In this document: piece by piece, positions 33,201 to 42,932 of the stretch
Layout of the letters: every line of letters starts with the position of its first letter
Numbering within the stretch: the stretch's first letter is position 1
Assembly: GCA_001803315.1 (NCBI GenBank)
Contig: MHBQ01000059.1
Span: 17,188 to 81,187 of the forward strand
Direction of reading: 5' to 3'
Length of the DNA: 64,000 nucleotides
Source of the DNA: Lentisphaerae bacterium RIFOXYC12_FULL_60_16
GTDB taxonomy: Bacteria > Verrucomicrobiota > Kiritimatiellia > UBA8416 > YA12-FULL-60-10
Notes under the pieces: model-generated
What the model was told of the DNA's origin: nothing
Seen by the model: only the letters and a program-made list of their open reading frames with translations
Databases searched by the model: none
Program-made: the position numbers and the translations under genes

Positions 33201-33344
33201 GTGCGATTTCCTCGATCGGGACGGGCCGGAACGATTCCTGAATCCACAGGATTTGGTTGTAATCCAACGGCTCGACCGGTTCGCTCCCGGTCTTGGGCCC
33301 CTGCGCTTCCTCGGTTTTTATCCCTTGTTCGCGTCTACTTTGCT
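33166..33344 (-). CDS. Small acidic hypothetical protein (59 aa) overlapping the metF start
   Basis: A consensus RBS GGAAGGAGGG lies 7 nt before ATG 33344. The ORF is in a different frame from metF. It sits between fhs and metF. Confidence 0.3.
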
Positions 33345-33470
33345 TACTCATGGGCGCCCTCCTTCCGGCGTGAACCGGAACGGTTCGTTTTATCGGCATT
33401 TCCGCTCGTTCATCGAATGCGCGTCTTCCGTGTTCTCCCGATCGACCGCGGCGGCGCCCCGGGCGCCCCG

Positions 33471-35288
33471 TCAATACAGGCCTTTCACCTCGCCGGTTTC
33501 GACGTCCACGTCAATGTTGCGAAACGCCGGATTCGAAGCCGTGCCGGGCATGAGCTTGATGGCGCCCGCCACGGGCACCAGAAAGCCGGCGCCCCGGTAA
33601 ATCAGGATATCGCTGATCGGCAGCGTCCACCCCGTTGGACGGCCCTTCAACTCCGGGTCGTGCGAAAGGCTCAAGTGGGTCTTGACCATGCACGTTCCCA
33701 GATTCCACGTCGTGGAGTCCTGCTCGTATTGTTTCAGTTTCTCCAGCGCCGTGTCGGAATAGACGACGCCCGCGGCGCCATAAACATCCTTCGCGATTCG
33801 CGCAATGCGCTCCCGCAGCGGCGTATCCAATTCGTACAGATGCCGAAACCGGCTCGGCTTCCCGCAGGCGGCCACCACGGCTTCGGCCAGTTCCACGGCG
33901 CCATCCCCCCCCTTGAGCCAATGCTTCGACAGGGCGCACAGGGCGCCGTTCCGTTCCGCCACGGTCCGGACCAGGCGGATCTCTTCCGCCGTGTCCGTGT
34001 GGAAATGATTGATGCATACAACGGGGGTGATTCCGCTTTTCTTCACCGTTTCGATGTGCGCAATCAGGTTCTGGCACCCCGCCTCCACCAAGGCGCAATT
34101 TTCCTTGGTATAGGCCTCATCCAACGCCAGGCCGGGTCGGACACGGGGACCGCCCCCGTGCATTTTGAGCGCGCGGATCGTCGCCACAATCACCACGGCA
34201 TTGGGCGTGAGCCCCGAGGCGCGGCATTTCAGGTTCCAGAATTTTTCGAAGCCGATGTCCGCGCCGAATCCGCTTTCGGTCACCAGGTAGTCGCCCAGCC
34301 GAATGCCCAGTTCGTCGGCAATGACGGAACTCTGCCCGATCGCGATGTTGGCGAACGGCCCGGCATGGACGAAAACCGGTTGCCCCTCGATCGTCTGGAG
34401 AAGGCTGGGATTCAGCGCCTTGACCATCCAGGCGGTCATGGCGCCGTCCACTTCCAGATCCTGCGTGGTGACCTCGCGTCCCGACCGGTCGTAGGCCACC
34501 ACGATGCGCGCGATCCGCTGCCGCAAGTCGCGAAGATCCTTGGCGACGGCCAGGATGGCCATGACTTCGCTGGAAACCGTGATCTGGAAGCCGGAATCCA
34601 TTTCGAATCCGTCCATCTTCCCGCCTTTGCCGATCGTGATGTTCCGCAAAGCCTGCGCGCAGAAATCCATCACCCACTTCATCTGGACGCGCGCGGGATC
34701 GATGTCGAGCCGCCGCATGTTGGTGCCGGCCAACCGCGCATCGTCATAATTCGCTTCATGCTGCATGCGCGCGGTCAGGGCCACCATGGCGAGATTGTGG
34801 GCGTTGGCGATGGCGTCGATATCGCCCGTCAGACCGAGCGAGAAATCCGTGAGCGGCAGGCACTGCGCCAATCCTCCTCCCGCAGCCGAGCCCTTGACGT
34901 TGAACGTTGGCCCGCCGCTGGGTTGACGGATCGCTCCCACCACCTTTTTCCCGATCTTTCCCAATCCCTGCACCAGGCCCATCGTCGTGGTGGTTTTCCC
35001 CTCGCCCAACGGTGTCGGGGTGATCGCAGTCACATCGATGTATTTTCCCATGGGCGCTCCACGCAGGCGCGACGACGCCTTGGTGAAGTTCACCTTGCCC
35101 ACGTACCGGCCCAGGGGAATCATTTCCTCATCAAGCAACCCCAATTCATCCGCCAGGGTCACGAACGGCTTCATATGGGCTTCCGCGGCCTTGGCAATCT
35201 GCCAGTCCTTCATATGCAAGGGATCGAGCACGCGGTTCCGGGCGCCAGGCGCGGTTTTGCAATCCGTCGGAGCAATCTCAACAGGCAT
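33471..35288 (-). CDS. fhs: Formate-tetrahydrofolate ligase
   Basis: The N-terminus is Fhs-like ([17 protein letters not shown]...) with the P-loop EGKTTTT and high conservation throughout. The start is 35288 (RBS GGAAAGGAAAG) or 35213. Confidence 0.9.
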   Translation of the reverse strand: MPVEIAPTDCKTAPGARNRVLDPLHMKDWQIAKAAEAHMKPFVTLADELGLLDEEMIPLGRYVGKVNFTKASSRLRGAPMGKYIDVTAITPTPLGEGKTTTTMGLVQGLGKIGKKVVGAIRQPSGGPTFNVKGSAAGGGLAQCLPLTDFSLGLTGDIDAIANAHNLAMVALTARMQHEANYDDARLAGTNMRRLDIDPARVQMKWVMDFCAQALRNITIGKGGKMDGFEMDSGFQITVSSEVMAILAVAKDLRDLRQRIARIVVAYDRSGREVTTQDLEVDGAMTAWMVKALNPSLLQTIEGQPVFVHAGPFANIAIGQSSVIADELGIRLGDYLVTESGFGADIGFEKFWNLKCRASGLTPNAVVIVATIRALKMHGGGPRVRPGLALDEAYTKENCALVEAGCQNLIAHIETVKKSGITPVVCINHFHTDTAEEIRLVRTVAERNGALCALSKHWLKGGDGAVELAEAVVAACGKPSRFRHLYELDTPLRERIARIAKDVYGAAGVVYSDTALEKLKQYEQDSTTWNLGTCMVKTHLSLSHDPELKGRPTGWTLPISDILIYRGAGFLVPVAGAIKLMPGTASNPAFRNIDVDVETGEVKGLY

Positions 35289-35395
35289 GGGCTTTCCTTT
35301 CCATTCCATTTCCGCGGCCGGAAACCTTCCCTACCGTTATGCCGCAGGATGATGCTGGACGACTTACCATGGATTCTGCTACTGTCTTCGGAGTG

Positions 35396-35425
35396 AATAT
35401 ACAACTACCACACTGTGGTGTCCAA
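35396..35425 (-). promoter_or_regulatory. Candidate sigma70-like promoter for the fhs-led operon: -35 TTGGAC, 18-nt spacer containing a near-palindrome, -10 TATATT
   Basis: On the minus strand the sequence reads TTGGACACCACAGTGTGGTAGTTGTATATT. The spacer holds the near-palindrome CCACAGTGTGG. The site is ~100 nt upstream of the fhs ATG. Confidence 0.3.
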
Positions 35426-35435
35426 CATAAATAAC

Positions 35436-35483
35436 GGGGGGGGTGCCACCCCCCCTTCGGTTATGGCCCCCTCCCAGGGGGCC
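35436..35483. promoter_or_regulatory. Two adjacent GC-only inverted repeats in the fhs / regulator divergent intergenic region
   Basis: The first is GGGGGGGG-TGCCA-CCCCCCC at 35436-35455. The second is GGCCCCC-TCCCA-GGGGGCC at 35465-35483. Confidence 0.3.
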
Positions 35484-35509
35484 CGCCCTGAGACAGGAAG
35501 AGGTGCCGG

Positions 35510-36010
35510 ATGAGGAAACCCGACATGACAAATGAAGATTGTCGAGACGCGAGTACTCCGCTCGTGGTCGGGGATACCAGCGGGACACTTCCACCGCGGG
35601 GGGCGGCACAGAAACGGGATATGGACCGGGCGTCGACCGTCAAGCAGATCCGGGGCATCCTGGGGCGGACTCAAAACGAGCTGGCCACGGCGCTGGGAGT
35701 TTCCGAAAAGGCCGTTCAAAGCTACGAGCAGGGTTGGCGCGCGGTACCGGCCAGAGTGATGATCCAACTGCTTGTTTTGCTGGCGCTTTATCGAAAACAG
35801 ACCATGGACGATATCCCTTGCTGGGAAATTCGCAAGTGTCAGCCTGCTCAGCGCGACGCCTGCGCAAGCTTCACCGTTGGTCGTGGACAATTCTGCTGGC
35901 TGATTGGCTCCAAAACCTGCCGCCCCCCCACGAGCCAATCACACTCGCCCATTCTCCCCTGCATGGAATGCCCGGTTGTTAAGCGCCTTTTATCAGGTTG
36001 GAGATCCTAG
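35510..36010 (+). CDS. HTH-XRE family transcriptional regulator with C-terminal Cys-rich (7 Cys) domain
   Basis: HTH motif IRGILGRTQNELATALGVSEKAVQSYEQG. The C-terminal region is CWEIRKCQPAQRDACASF...CWLIGSKTCRPP...PCMECP. An RBS AGGAAGAGG is present. Confidence 0.6.
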   Translation: MRKPDMTNEDCRDASTPLVVGDTSGTLPPRGAAQKRDMDRASTVKQIRGILGRTQNELATALGVSEKAVQSYEQGWRAVPARVMIQLLVLLALYRKQTMDDIPCWEIRKCQPAQRDACASFTVGRGQFCWLIGSKTCRPPTSQSHSPILPCMECPVVKRLLSGWRS

Positions 36011-36138
36011 GGCCAGGAAACCACCGCTACACCCTCTAGCCCCTCATTGGTTCACCTTGCGGTTTTTGAGATTGTTGGCGTACCATCACCCCATCATCTT
36101 CACGCCCTAACTTACCATAGGCCCGAGTTCGCTATTGA

Positions 36139-36160
36139 CCACCACGCGGTGGTGGTTTTA
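36139..36160 (+). terminator. Rho-independent terminator-like hairpin
   Basis: CCACCAC-GCG-GTGGTGG followed by TTTT, ~130 nt downstream of the regulator stop. Confidence 0.4.
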
Positions 36161-36353
36161 TGATACCCATGGATGGTTGTTACTAAGGAAAGGAAGTGAA
36201 GCCCGCACGTTCCGTGCGCGGAGGGGTGAACACACGACCTTGCACCGGTCACGGACGGGCTTTGTTCCTTGGCGGGACGGCGATAGGCGATGGGAGGCGT
36301 GAAGCAATTCCGCTCGGATAGACCTGTCTCAACACAGTGGGGAGAACCGTTCA

Positions 36354-36971
36354 ATGGCGCTCAAGCGATGTCCCGGCAGTGCTGCGTTCATGCAGCCGAA
36401 AATCGAACTGGTACGTTGTCCGCACTGCGGCAAGGATGCGGAGGTGTGGAGCGATGAGGCGGAGGGGAAGTGTACGGAATGCGGCCAATCCGTATGCCGA
36501 ACAACCACCCAGTCCTGTATCGACTGGTGTAAATACGCGCGCGAGTGCCTCGGGGACGAGGGACACAAAAAATATCAGGACATGAAGACCCGGTTGCGAA
36601 AAGAGGCCTTACTCAAGGCGGCGGAACGACATCTGGCTGATGAACGCGACCGGCTGACGACACGGGCCAGGGTCGAGTTTGCCGAGGGGATTCTCCGCCG
36701 GGAAACGGCAGCGGACCCCAACATCGTACTGGCGTGCGTCGCGTTGCTCGACGTGAGTCGCCGCGAACCCGCGCCATTCGCGGTCCCGCAAAAAGACGAG
36801 CCGCCTTCGGCCACGGTCGATATTCTTCACGAACTGGGCTATCCTGAAGGATTCGTCAGGGAGGTCAGCGGTATCCTGCGCCGCCTTCGCGAACCAGGCG
36901 ATCCCGACGGAATCAACCACCGCGTCGTGCGCGATGCGGATCTTCATTCGGGCAACGGCGCGGGCGCATGA
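36354..36971 (+). CDS. Hypothetical protein with Cys-rich zinc-ribbon-like N-terminus
   Basis: An RBS GGGGAGAA is present. The N-terminus contains CPHCGKD...CTECGQSVC...CIDWC...C. The C-terminal ~130 aa are of unknown family. Confidence 0.45.
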   Translation: MALKRCPGSAAFMQPKIELVRCPHCGKDAEVWSDEAEGKCTECGQSVCRTTTQSCIDWCKYARECLGDEGHKKYQDMKTRLRKEALLKAAERHLADERDRLTTRARVEFAEGILRRETAADPNIVLACVALLDVSRREPAPFAVPQKDEPPSATVDILHELGYPEGFVREVSGILRRLREPGDPDGINHRVVRDADLHSGNGAGA

Positions 36972-37103
36972 CACACAACCAGGAAAGTACAACCATCGCC
37001 ATCTTCGTAGGAATATCCCATATCGTCATCCACCGGCAGATGGAATGATTTTTCCCGGGTGGCCAAGTATGCTTAAACCGTCCGTTTGGCACGGGTGGCA
37101 AAA

Positions 37104-37553
37104 ATGATTCAAAAACCGAACCGCATACATACCATCCTCGTTGTCGATGACGACCCGGAAGAACTGGCGTCCACCTGCGCCGTGCTGGGCGCCCGGTACC
37201 CGGTCCTGGCTGCGACCAACGGGAAGGATGCCTTGAATACCGCCCGCATGGCGCATCCCTCTGCGATCGTCCTGGATGTCATGATGCCGGACGGAAAAAA
37301 CGGGTTTTCCGTTTTCTTCGAATTGAACAAGGACCCGGCCACCCACGGCATCCCGGTGATTTTCCTGACCCATGTCAATCAATCCACCGGCCTCCCATTC
37401 GGATCGGCTGAAATGGAACCCTATCTCGGGTGCAGACCCGCCGCCTTCCTGGAAAAACCCGTCGAGGATGCACAACTCCTGTTCACCGTGGAAACGGTTC
37501 TTTCGCAGGCTGGACGGAATGCCAGGATCGATCCTTTATGCAAAAACCCGTAA
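37104..37553 (+). CDS. Stand-alone CheY-like response regulator receiver domain
   Basis: Receiver motifs ILVVDDD, VLDVMMP, IPVIFLT. It is a paralog of the gene at 52960-53523. Confidence 0.7.
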   Translation: MIQKPNRIHTILVVDDDPEELASTCAVLGARYPVLAATNGKDALNTARMAHPSAIVLDVMMPDGKNGFSVFFELNKDPATHGIPVIFLTHVNQSTGLPFGSAEMEPYLGCRPAAFLEKPVEDAQLLFTVETVLSQAGRNARIDPLCKNP

Positions 37554-37816
37554 ATATGTTCTATCGCTCCGACAACGCACGATCGCGTAGGGTCTGGATC
37601 GAAGACCAATGGGTTCGACGTGCAGAATATGCGACGGGCGAAGTCAACGGCAAGGACCTGGAAACGTACTACGCCACCATCGCCTGCAACCTGGGCGACT
37701 CCTTCCGGGCTGTCGTCCGGCATGACGTATTGGACCCGAACACCGACACGGAAGCACAACGCGAAGCTGGCCTTGAACTACGTGGCACGGGGAGAAGAAG
37801 GCGCCTCCGTGGATAA
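37538..37816 (+). CDS. Hypothetical small protein
   Basis: An ORF follows the receiver gene; its start is uncertain. Confidence 0.2.
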   Translation: MQKPVNMFYRSDNARSRRVWIEDQWVRRAEYATGEVNGKDLETYYATIACNLGDSFRAVVRHDVLDPNTDTEAQREAGLELRGTGRRRRLRG

Positions 37817-37944
37817 TGACATCGTCAGGGCCCTGGCCCAGATCAGTTTCTAGTTTACAAACCTGCAGCCGTTACGGACAATTACGATCCGCCGCAACGA
37901 CTGCCCGTTGACAGTATGGAAATACGAAGTTAAAAACGTAAAAT

Positions 37945-38090
37945 AGAAGTCTCCGAGCCCCTGGCGCCTAACGGTCGCCCACGGCACAGGGGCCGCAGGG
38001 TGCGGGCGGAAACGCCCGCGCCTCCCCGCGGAGGTTCTGCCGCTGATACACGGTGTAGCGGTCAGAACACTTGCATTGGAAAGGAGATGG
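37945..38090 (+). ncRNA. Candidate molybdenum-cofactor (Moco) riboswitch / structured leader of the moeA-moaA operon
   Basis: The ~145-nt leader contains at least four hairpins: GCCCCTG...CAGGGGC, GCGGGCG-GAAA-CGCCCGC, CCTCC-CCGC-GGAGG and CCGCT...AGCGG. It begins with TCCGAGCC...CCTAAC and ends at the RBS AAGGAG. Confidence 0.35.
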
Positions 38091-38091
38091 T

Positions 38092-39303
38092 ATGGTTGAC
38101 CCCGATTACGCCTGGCGTAAGATCGTGGCGAGCGTGACGCCTTTGCCGTCCGCGCCGCGCGCGTACGACCAGTGCCTGTTTCACTATCTTGCGCAACCGG
38201 TTCTTGCCGATCGGGATATACCCGCCGCCGATCGGTCCGCCATGGACGGCTATGCCGTGCACGCGGATGACGTGGCGTCCGCGCCGGCGAGCCTGCGTGT
38301 CGTGGGCGAGGTTGCTGCAGGCTCCCCTGCCCAGCCTGTGTTGGCCCCCGGCGAGTGTGTCCGCATTTTCACCGGCGCCAATGTTCCTCCCGACGCCGAT
38401 GCCGTCGTCATGGTCGAGGATACCGAGGCAACGGCCGGCGACGCGGTGACGATCCTGAACCCGGTTTCACGGGGACGGAACATCCTGCGGCGCGGCGAGA
38501 ATGCGCGCCGGGGGGCCATCTTGCTTCGATCGGGCGTCCTGCTCGACGCCACCGCCCTGGCGGTGTGCGCCGCGGCGGGTTGCGCCGATCCGCGTGTGCA
38601 TGCGCGACCGCGGATCACGGTCATCACCACCGGGGCGGAACTGAAGGCGCCCTCGGAAACCGTCGGCATCCATGAGATCCGCGATTCCAACGGTCCGATG
38701 CTCACGGCGGCCATTGCCGAACAGGGGTTCGGTTCCGCTGTCTGGATTTGCGTGCCGGATGACCACGCGAAACTCCTCGCGTCCCTGCGCCGGGCATTGG
38801 AAGACCATGACGTGGTGCTCGTCACCGGTGGCGTCTCCGTCGGGAAGTACGACCTGGTTCCCGACATCATCCGGGAAGCCGGCGCCACGGTCCATTATCA
38901 CGGTGTGGCAATGAAACCCGGCAAACCCCAGCTTTTCGCCACGGTCGAAAACGGCCGGTGCATCTTCGGGCTCCCCGGCAATCCTTTGAGTGTCCTGACG
39001 GGTTTTCATGAATTCGCGCTTCCCACCTTGCGCTATCTCGCGGGATGCCCGGAAGCGGACTGCCACCGCCTTCTGCGACTCCCGTTGTTCGCCGGGGTGA
39101 CCACCAGGGGGCGACAGCGTCACTACCTGCTGGGGCGCCTGGCGCATACCGGCGCCGGAACGGTCGTGGACCCTGTCGCGAACGCGGGATCCGCCGATCT
39201 CGTGGCGGGCAGCCGCGCGGATGGGATGATCATTGTCCCGGCAGGAACGTCGGATATCCCGGCCGGGACCTGCGTGGATTTTCGCCCCTGGAGGTTGCTG
39301 TGA
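38092..39303 (+). CDS. moeA: Molybdopterin molybdotransferase
   Basis: MoeA family protein (…MDGYAV…, GGVSVG, GLPGNP). An RBS AAGGAG lies 6 nt upstream of ATG 38092. Confidence 0.85.
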   Translation: MVDPDYAWRKIVASVTPLPSAPRAYDQCLFHYLAQPVLADRDIPAADRSAMDGYAVHADDVASAPASLRVVGEVAAGSPAQPVLAPGECVRIFTGANVPPDADAVVMVEDTEATAGDAVTILNPVSRGRNILRRGENARRGAILLRSGVLLDATALAVCAAAGCADPRVHARPRITVITTGAELKAPSETVGIHEIRDSNGPMLTAAIAEQGFGSAVWICVPDDHAKLLASLRRALEDHDVVLVTGGVSVGKYDLVPDIIREAGATVHYHGVAMKPGKPQLFATVENGRCIFGLPGNPLSVLTGFHEFALPTLRYLAGCPEADCHRLLRLPLFAGVTTRGRQRHYLLGRLAHTGAGTVVDPVANAGSADLVAGSRADGMIIVPAGTSDIPAGTCVDFRPWRLL

Positions 39304-40265
39304 TCGCCGTCCCCACGCCACGCGGGTTGTCCCTGCGGATATCGGTCACCGACCGCTGTCAATTGCGGTGCCGGTACTGCATGCCGCCTGAAGGCATTCC
39401 GCTTTGCGGCCGGGAGGCGATTCTCACGTACGAAGACATTGTCGCGCTGGTCGTCTGCCTCCGGGACGAATTCGGTTTGGCCAAGGTCCGGATCACCGGA
39501 GGGGAACCCCTGGTGCGTCCCGGTATCGAACGGTTGATCGGCAGGCTCACGGACCTTGGCATCCCGGATCTTGCGCTCACCACCAACGGGCTGCGCCTGG
39601 CGGAACTGGCGCCGGTTCTCAAACAGGCCGGCCTGCGCCGGGTAAACGTCAGCCTGGATTCCCTGTCGCCGGAGACCTTCCGCCGCCTGACCGGGGGCGG
39701 AGACCTGCAAGCCGTTCAGGCGGGAATCGTCGCGGCGTTGGACGCGGGATTGCGCCCCGTGAAACTGAATGCCGTTCTCATCCGGGGAATCAACGATGCG
39801 GAAGCGGATCATCTTCTGGATTTCGCCATCGATCACGATTGCGAACTGCGTTTTATCGAGCTCATGCCGATCGGTCCGGGCGCCCGGCTTCTCCCGGATG
39901 GATTCCTGTCGTCGGATGCCGTGCGGCGGCGGTTGGGGGCGCATTTCACGCTCACCCCCATCGCTTCGGAAACCGGGTCGTCCGCCCGACGCTATGGCGT
40001 GGTCAACACGGAAGGAAATCGGGGCGCCGTGGGGTTCATTTCGTCCTGCAGCGCTCCGTTCTGTGCTGAATGCTCACGTTTGCGCGTGACGGCGGACGGG
40101 CGGTTGATCGGATGTCTGGCCAGGGACGGCGGCATTCCGATCCGCGGGATGTTGCGGGCCGGCGACGCGAAAGCCATCGGCCGGTCCACGCGCCAGGTCC
40201 TGAAGGGAAAAACCGCGGACCGGAATTTCGAACAGCGGATGGCGATGGCTTCGATCGGCGGGTAA
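39300..40265 (+). CDS. moaA: GTP 3',8-cyclase (radical SAM)
   Basis: Radical SAM motif CQLRCRYC with a C-terminal Cys cluster. The GTG start overlaps the moeA stop (GTGA) and is preceded by an RBS GGAGG. Confidence 0.9.
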   Translation: MIAVPTPRGLSLRISVTDRCQLRCRYCMPPEGIPLCGREAILTYEDIVALVVCLRDEFGLAKVRITGGEPLVRPGIERLIGRLTDLGIPDLALTTNGLRLAELAPVLKQAGLRRVNVSLDSLSPETFRRLTGGGDLQAVQAGIVAALDAGLRPVKLNAVLIRGINDAEADHLLDFAIDHDCELRFIELMPIGPGARLLPDGFLSSDAVRRRLGAHFTLTPIASETGSSARRYGVVNTEGNRGAVGFISSCSAPFCAECSRLRVTADGRLIGCLARDGGIPIRGMLRAGDAKAIGRSTRQVLKGKTADRNFEQRMAMASIGG

Positions 40266-40284
40266 ACAAACGTAACCGGATCCC

Positions 40285-41439
40285 ATGTTGGAAAAGACCT
40301 TACAATTCAACCGGAACGAATTCGCCGGCGCGTTCGGCGATATCGGCACCGATATTCCCCTGATTATCGGTATGATTCTGGCCTCGGGCATGGATGCGGC
40401 ATCCGTGCTGACGATCTTCGGTTCGATGCAGATAGTGTCCGGCCTCGTGTACCGGATCCCCATGCCGATACAGCCGTTGAAGGCGGTGGCGGCGCTCGTG
40501 ATTGCCCAGCGGCTTCCCGCCCCCCTCGTCTTCGGCGGCGGACTGGCCATCGGCCTGGTCATGTTTCCCCTGGCTGCCTTTGGCCTGCTCGACCGGCTGG
40601 CCGCGATCATCCCAAAATCCGTCGTGCGCGGCATTCAACTCGGTCTGGGGCTGACGCTGTGCAGGCTGGCGCTCGGCAACTACGTGCTCGCGGACGGGGT
40701 GCCGGGGTATATCCTTGCCGGGGCAAGTGCCATCCTTATTTTCTGGCTGCTCGGGCATCGCAAATACCCGCCGGCGCTCGGCGTTGTCCTGCTCGGTCTG
40801 ATCTACGCGTTTGCCTTCAATCCCGTCGCGCTTCGGTCATGGGCAGGATTCGAACTCGCGTTGCCCAAACCCCACCTCCCGCTCCCCCGCGACATCCTGC
40901 AGGGATTCCTCCTGCTGGCGCTTCCACAGATTCCCCTTTCACTCGGCAACTCCATCTTTGCCACCGAACGGATGGCCCGCGACTGGTTCCCCGAGCGTAA
41001 GATTACCTTCCGCAAGATCGGGCTCACCTATTCGCTCATGAACCTGACGGCTCCGTTCTTCAGCGGAATCCCCGTCTGCCACGGCGCCGGCGGAATGGCC
41101 GGCCACTGCGCGTTCGGCGCCCGTACCGGCGGTTCCGTGATCATCTACGGCGCGGCATTCCTCCTCGCGGGTTTGTTCTTCAGCACCGGTTTCGACCAAC
41201 TGATACACGCCTTCCCGTCATCCGTTCTCGGGGTCATTCTCTTTTTCGAGGGGCTGACGCTGATGCGCTTCCTGCGCGACACGGCGCAAACCGAACGGGA
41301 CCTTGCCATCGCCTTGCTGGTGGGCGCTTTGGCGGCCTTCCTTCCCAACGGTTTTTTGATCGGAATGATTGTCGGCACCCTGGTGGCATTTCTATCCGGA
41401 AAGCATGATATCGGTTTCACCAAAGAAGTTCTGCGATAA
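40285..41439 (+). CDS. Polytopic membrane permease, possibly a MOT1/SulP-like molybdate/sulfate transporter
   Basis: 384 aa with ~10 TM helices, embedded between moaA and moaC. Confidence 0.45.
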   Translation: MLEKTLQFNRNEFAGAFGDIGTDIPLIIGMILASGMDAASVLTIFGSMQIVSGLVYRIPMPIQPLKAVAALVIAQRLPAPLVFGGGLAIGLVMFPLAAFGLLDRLAAIIPKSVVRGIQLGLGLTLCRLALGNYVLADGVPGYILAGASAILIFWLLGHRKYPPALGVVLLGLIYAFAFNPVALRSWAGFELALPKPHLPLPRDILQGFLLLALPQIPLSLGNSIFATERMARDWFPERKITFRKIGLTYSLMNLTAPFFSGIPVCHGAGGMAGHCAFGARTGGSVIIYGAAFLLAGLFFSTGFDQLIHAFPSSVLGVILFFEGLTLMRFLRDTAQTERDLAIALLVGALAAFLPNGFLIGMIVGTLVAFLSGKHDIGFTKEVLR

Positions 41440-41469
41440 CCTTACGCGCGAAACAGGAAGGAAAGCGGC

Positions 41470-41958
41470 ATGTCGGCATTACGAGCATTGTCCCATCTCT
41501 CACCGGACGGTCGGGCACGGATGGTGGATGTCGGGCGAAAGCGGCCAACCGTCCGCATGGCCCGCGCCGTGGCCACGGTAAAACTCGGAACCCGGATTGC
41601 CGCCGTTCTGGCGGAAACCGGCGCCTGGGGCAAGGGTAACGTGGTCGAGACCGCCCGCCTCGCCGGCATCATGGCGGCCAAGCGCACCGCCGAGCTGATT
41701 CCGCTCTGTCATACCATCCCGCTCGATGTCGTCGACGTCCGGATCTCGCCCGGCGCGGCGTCCCTGCGCGTCGAGTCGTTCGTGCGGGCCCGGCACGTGA
41801 CCGGCGTTGAAATGGAAGCCCTCACCGCCGCCGCGGTTGCCGCCCTTACAATTTACGACATGTGCAAGGCGGCCGACAAGGGGATCGTGATCGAACAGGT
41901 CCGGCTGCTGGAGAAAACCGGTGGCAAATCGGGCGACTGGAGCGCTGACGCATCATGA
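41470..41958 (+). CDS. moaC: Cyclic pyranopterin monophosphate synthase
   Basis: MoaC family, 162 aa (…LCHTIPLD…). Confidence 0.9.
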   Translation: MSALRALSHLSPDGRARMVDVGRKRPTVRMARAVATVKLGTRIAAVLAETGAWGKGNVVETARLAGIMAAKRTAELIPLCHTIPLDVVDVRISPGAASLRVESFVRARHVTGVEMEALTAAAVAALTIYDMCKAADKGIVIEQVRLLEKTGGKSGDWSADAS

Positions 41959-42932
41959 CAACCGGAACGGTAGCGGCGGTTTGCATCAGCGAAAAGAAGG
42001 GCGAGCGAAAACACGCCGCGCCATCCGCCCGGCTGCTCGCGAATCACGGCATCGAAGGCGACGCCCATGCCGGCCCCTGGCACCGGCAGGTCAGCCTGCT
42101 GGACGCCGGCGATGTCGCGGCCATGCGCCGCCAGGGACTGCCGGACCTGAAAGCCGGCGATTTCGCGGAAAACCTTGTCGTCTCCGGGCTTAACCTGGGA
42201 GCGCTGGGCCTGGGCAGCAGGCTCCGGATCGGGGAAAAAGCGGAACTCGTCGTGACGCAGATCGGCAAGGTTTGCCATGCGCGTTGCGCCATCTATCACC
42301 AGACCGGCGACTGCATCATGCCGCGACTCGGCCTCTTCGCGCGGGTCATCGCGGGCGGCACGATCGCTCCCGGCGCCCCCGTCGCGATCCTGGAGACCAT
42401 TCCGCGCGCGACGTTCCAAGCCGTGGTTCTGACCATCAGCGACCGATGCTCCCGCGGCCAGGCAACGGACACGGCGGGTCCGGCGGTGGCGGAACGGTTG
42501 AACACGGCCCTCAAGGCGCATATCTATGCGACCCGCATCCTTCCGGACGAAAAGCCCGAAATCGAAACCGCCTTGCGCCACTTCGCCGACGGCCATTCGA
42601 TCGATCTCGTGCTCGCCGTGGGGGGGACAGGCTTCGCGCCGCGCGACGTCACGCCCGAAGCGGTGCGGGCGGTGGTCACGCGGCTTACGCCCGGCCTGGA
42701 CGAAACCATGCGCCGTGCCTCCTCGGAGAAGACACCCCACGCGATGCTTTCGCGCGCGGTGTCGGGCATGCTGGGCTCCACGCTGATCGTCAGCCTGCCG
42801 GGTTCCAAGCGGGCGGCAGTCGAGAACCTGGATGCTGTTCTGCCCGCTCTCGGACACGGCCTGGCGAAACTGCGCGGCGATCCCGGGGACTGCGGAAGAC
42901 CGGAGAGAGGAACCGCGAATGGACACGAATGA
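41955..42932 (+). CDS. mogA: MOSC domain fused to MogA/MoaB-type molybdopterin adenylyltransferase domain
   Basis: The N-terminal ~150 aa form a MOSC beta-barrel. The C-terminal part is a MogA fold (GGTGFAPRD, PGS). Confidence 0.7.
   Translation: MTTGTVAAVCISEKKGERKHAAPSARLLANHGIEGDAHAGPWHRQVSLLDAGDVAAMRRQGLPDLKAGDFAENLVVSGLNLGALGLGSRLRIGEKAELVVTQIGKVCHARCAIYHQTGDCIMPRLGLFARVIAGGTIAPGAPVAILETIPRATFQAVVLTISDRCSRGQATDTAGPAVAERLNTALKAHIYATRILPDEKPEIETALRHFADGHSIDLVLAVGGTGFAPRDVTPEAVRAVVTRLTPGLDETMRRASSEKTPHAMLSRAVSGMLGSTLIVSLPGSKRAAVENLDAVLPALGHGLAKLRGDPGDCGRPERGTANGHE

Noticed and set aside
32949-35396. 815-aa plus-strand ORF antisense to fhs, and 22812-25028 antisense to acsB
   Set aside because: Same reason. 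The opposite strands carry unmistakable Fhs and AcsB sequences.
37908-37944. TTGACA-like hexamer upstream of the moe leader as a promoter
   Set aside because: No acceptable -10 element at 16-19 nt spacing (TAAAAA/TAAAAT are at poor spacing). It is mentioned only as context for the riboswitch candidate.
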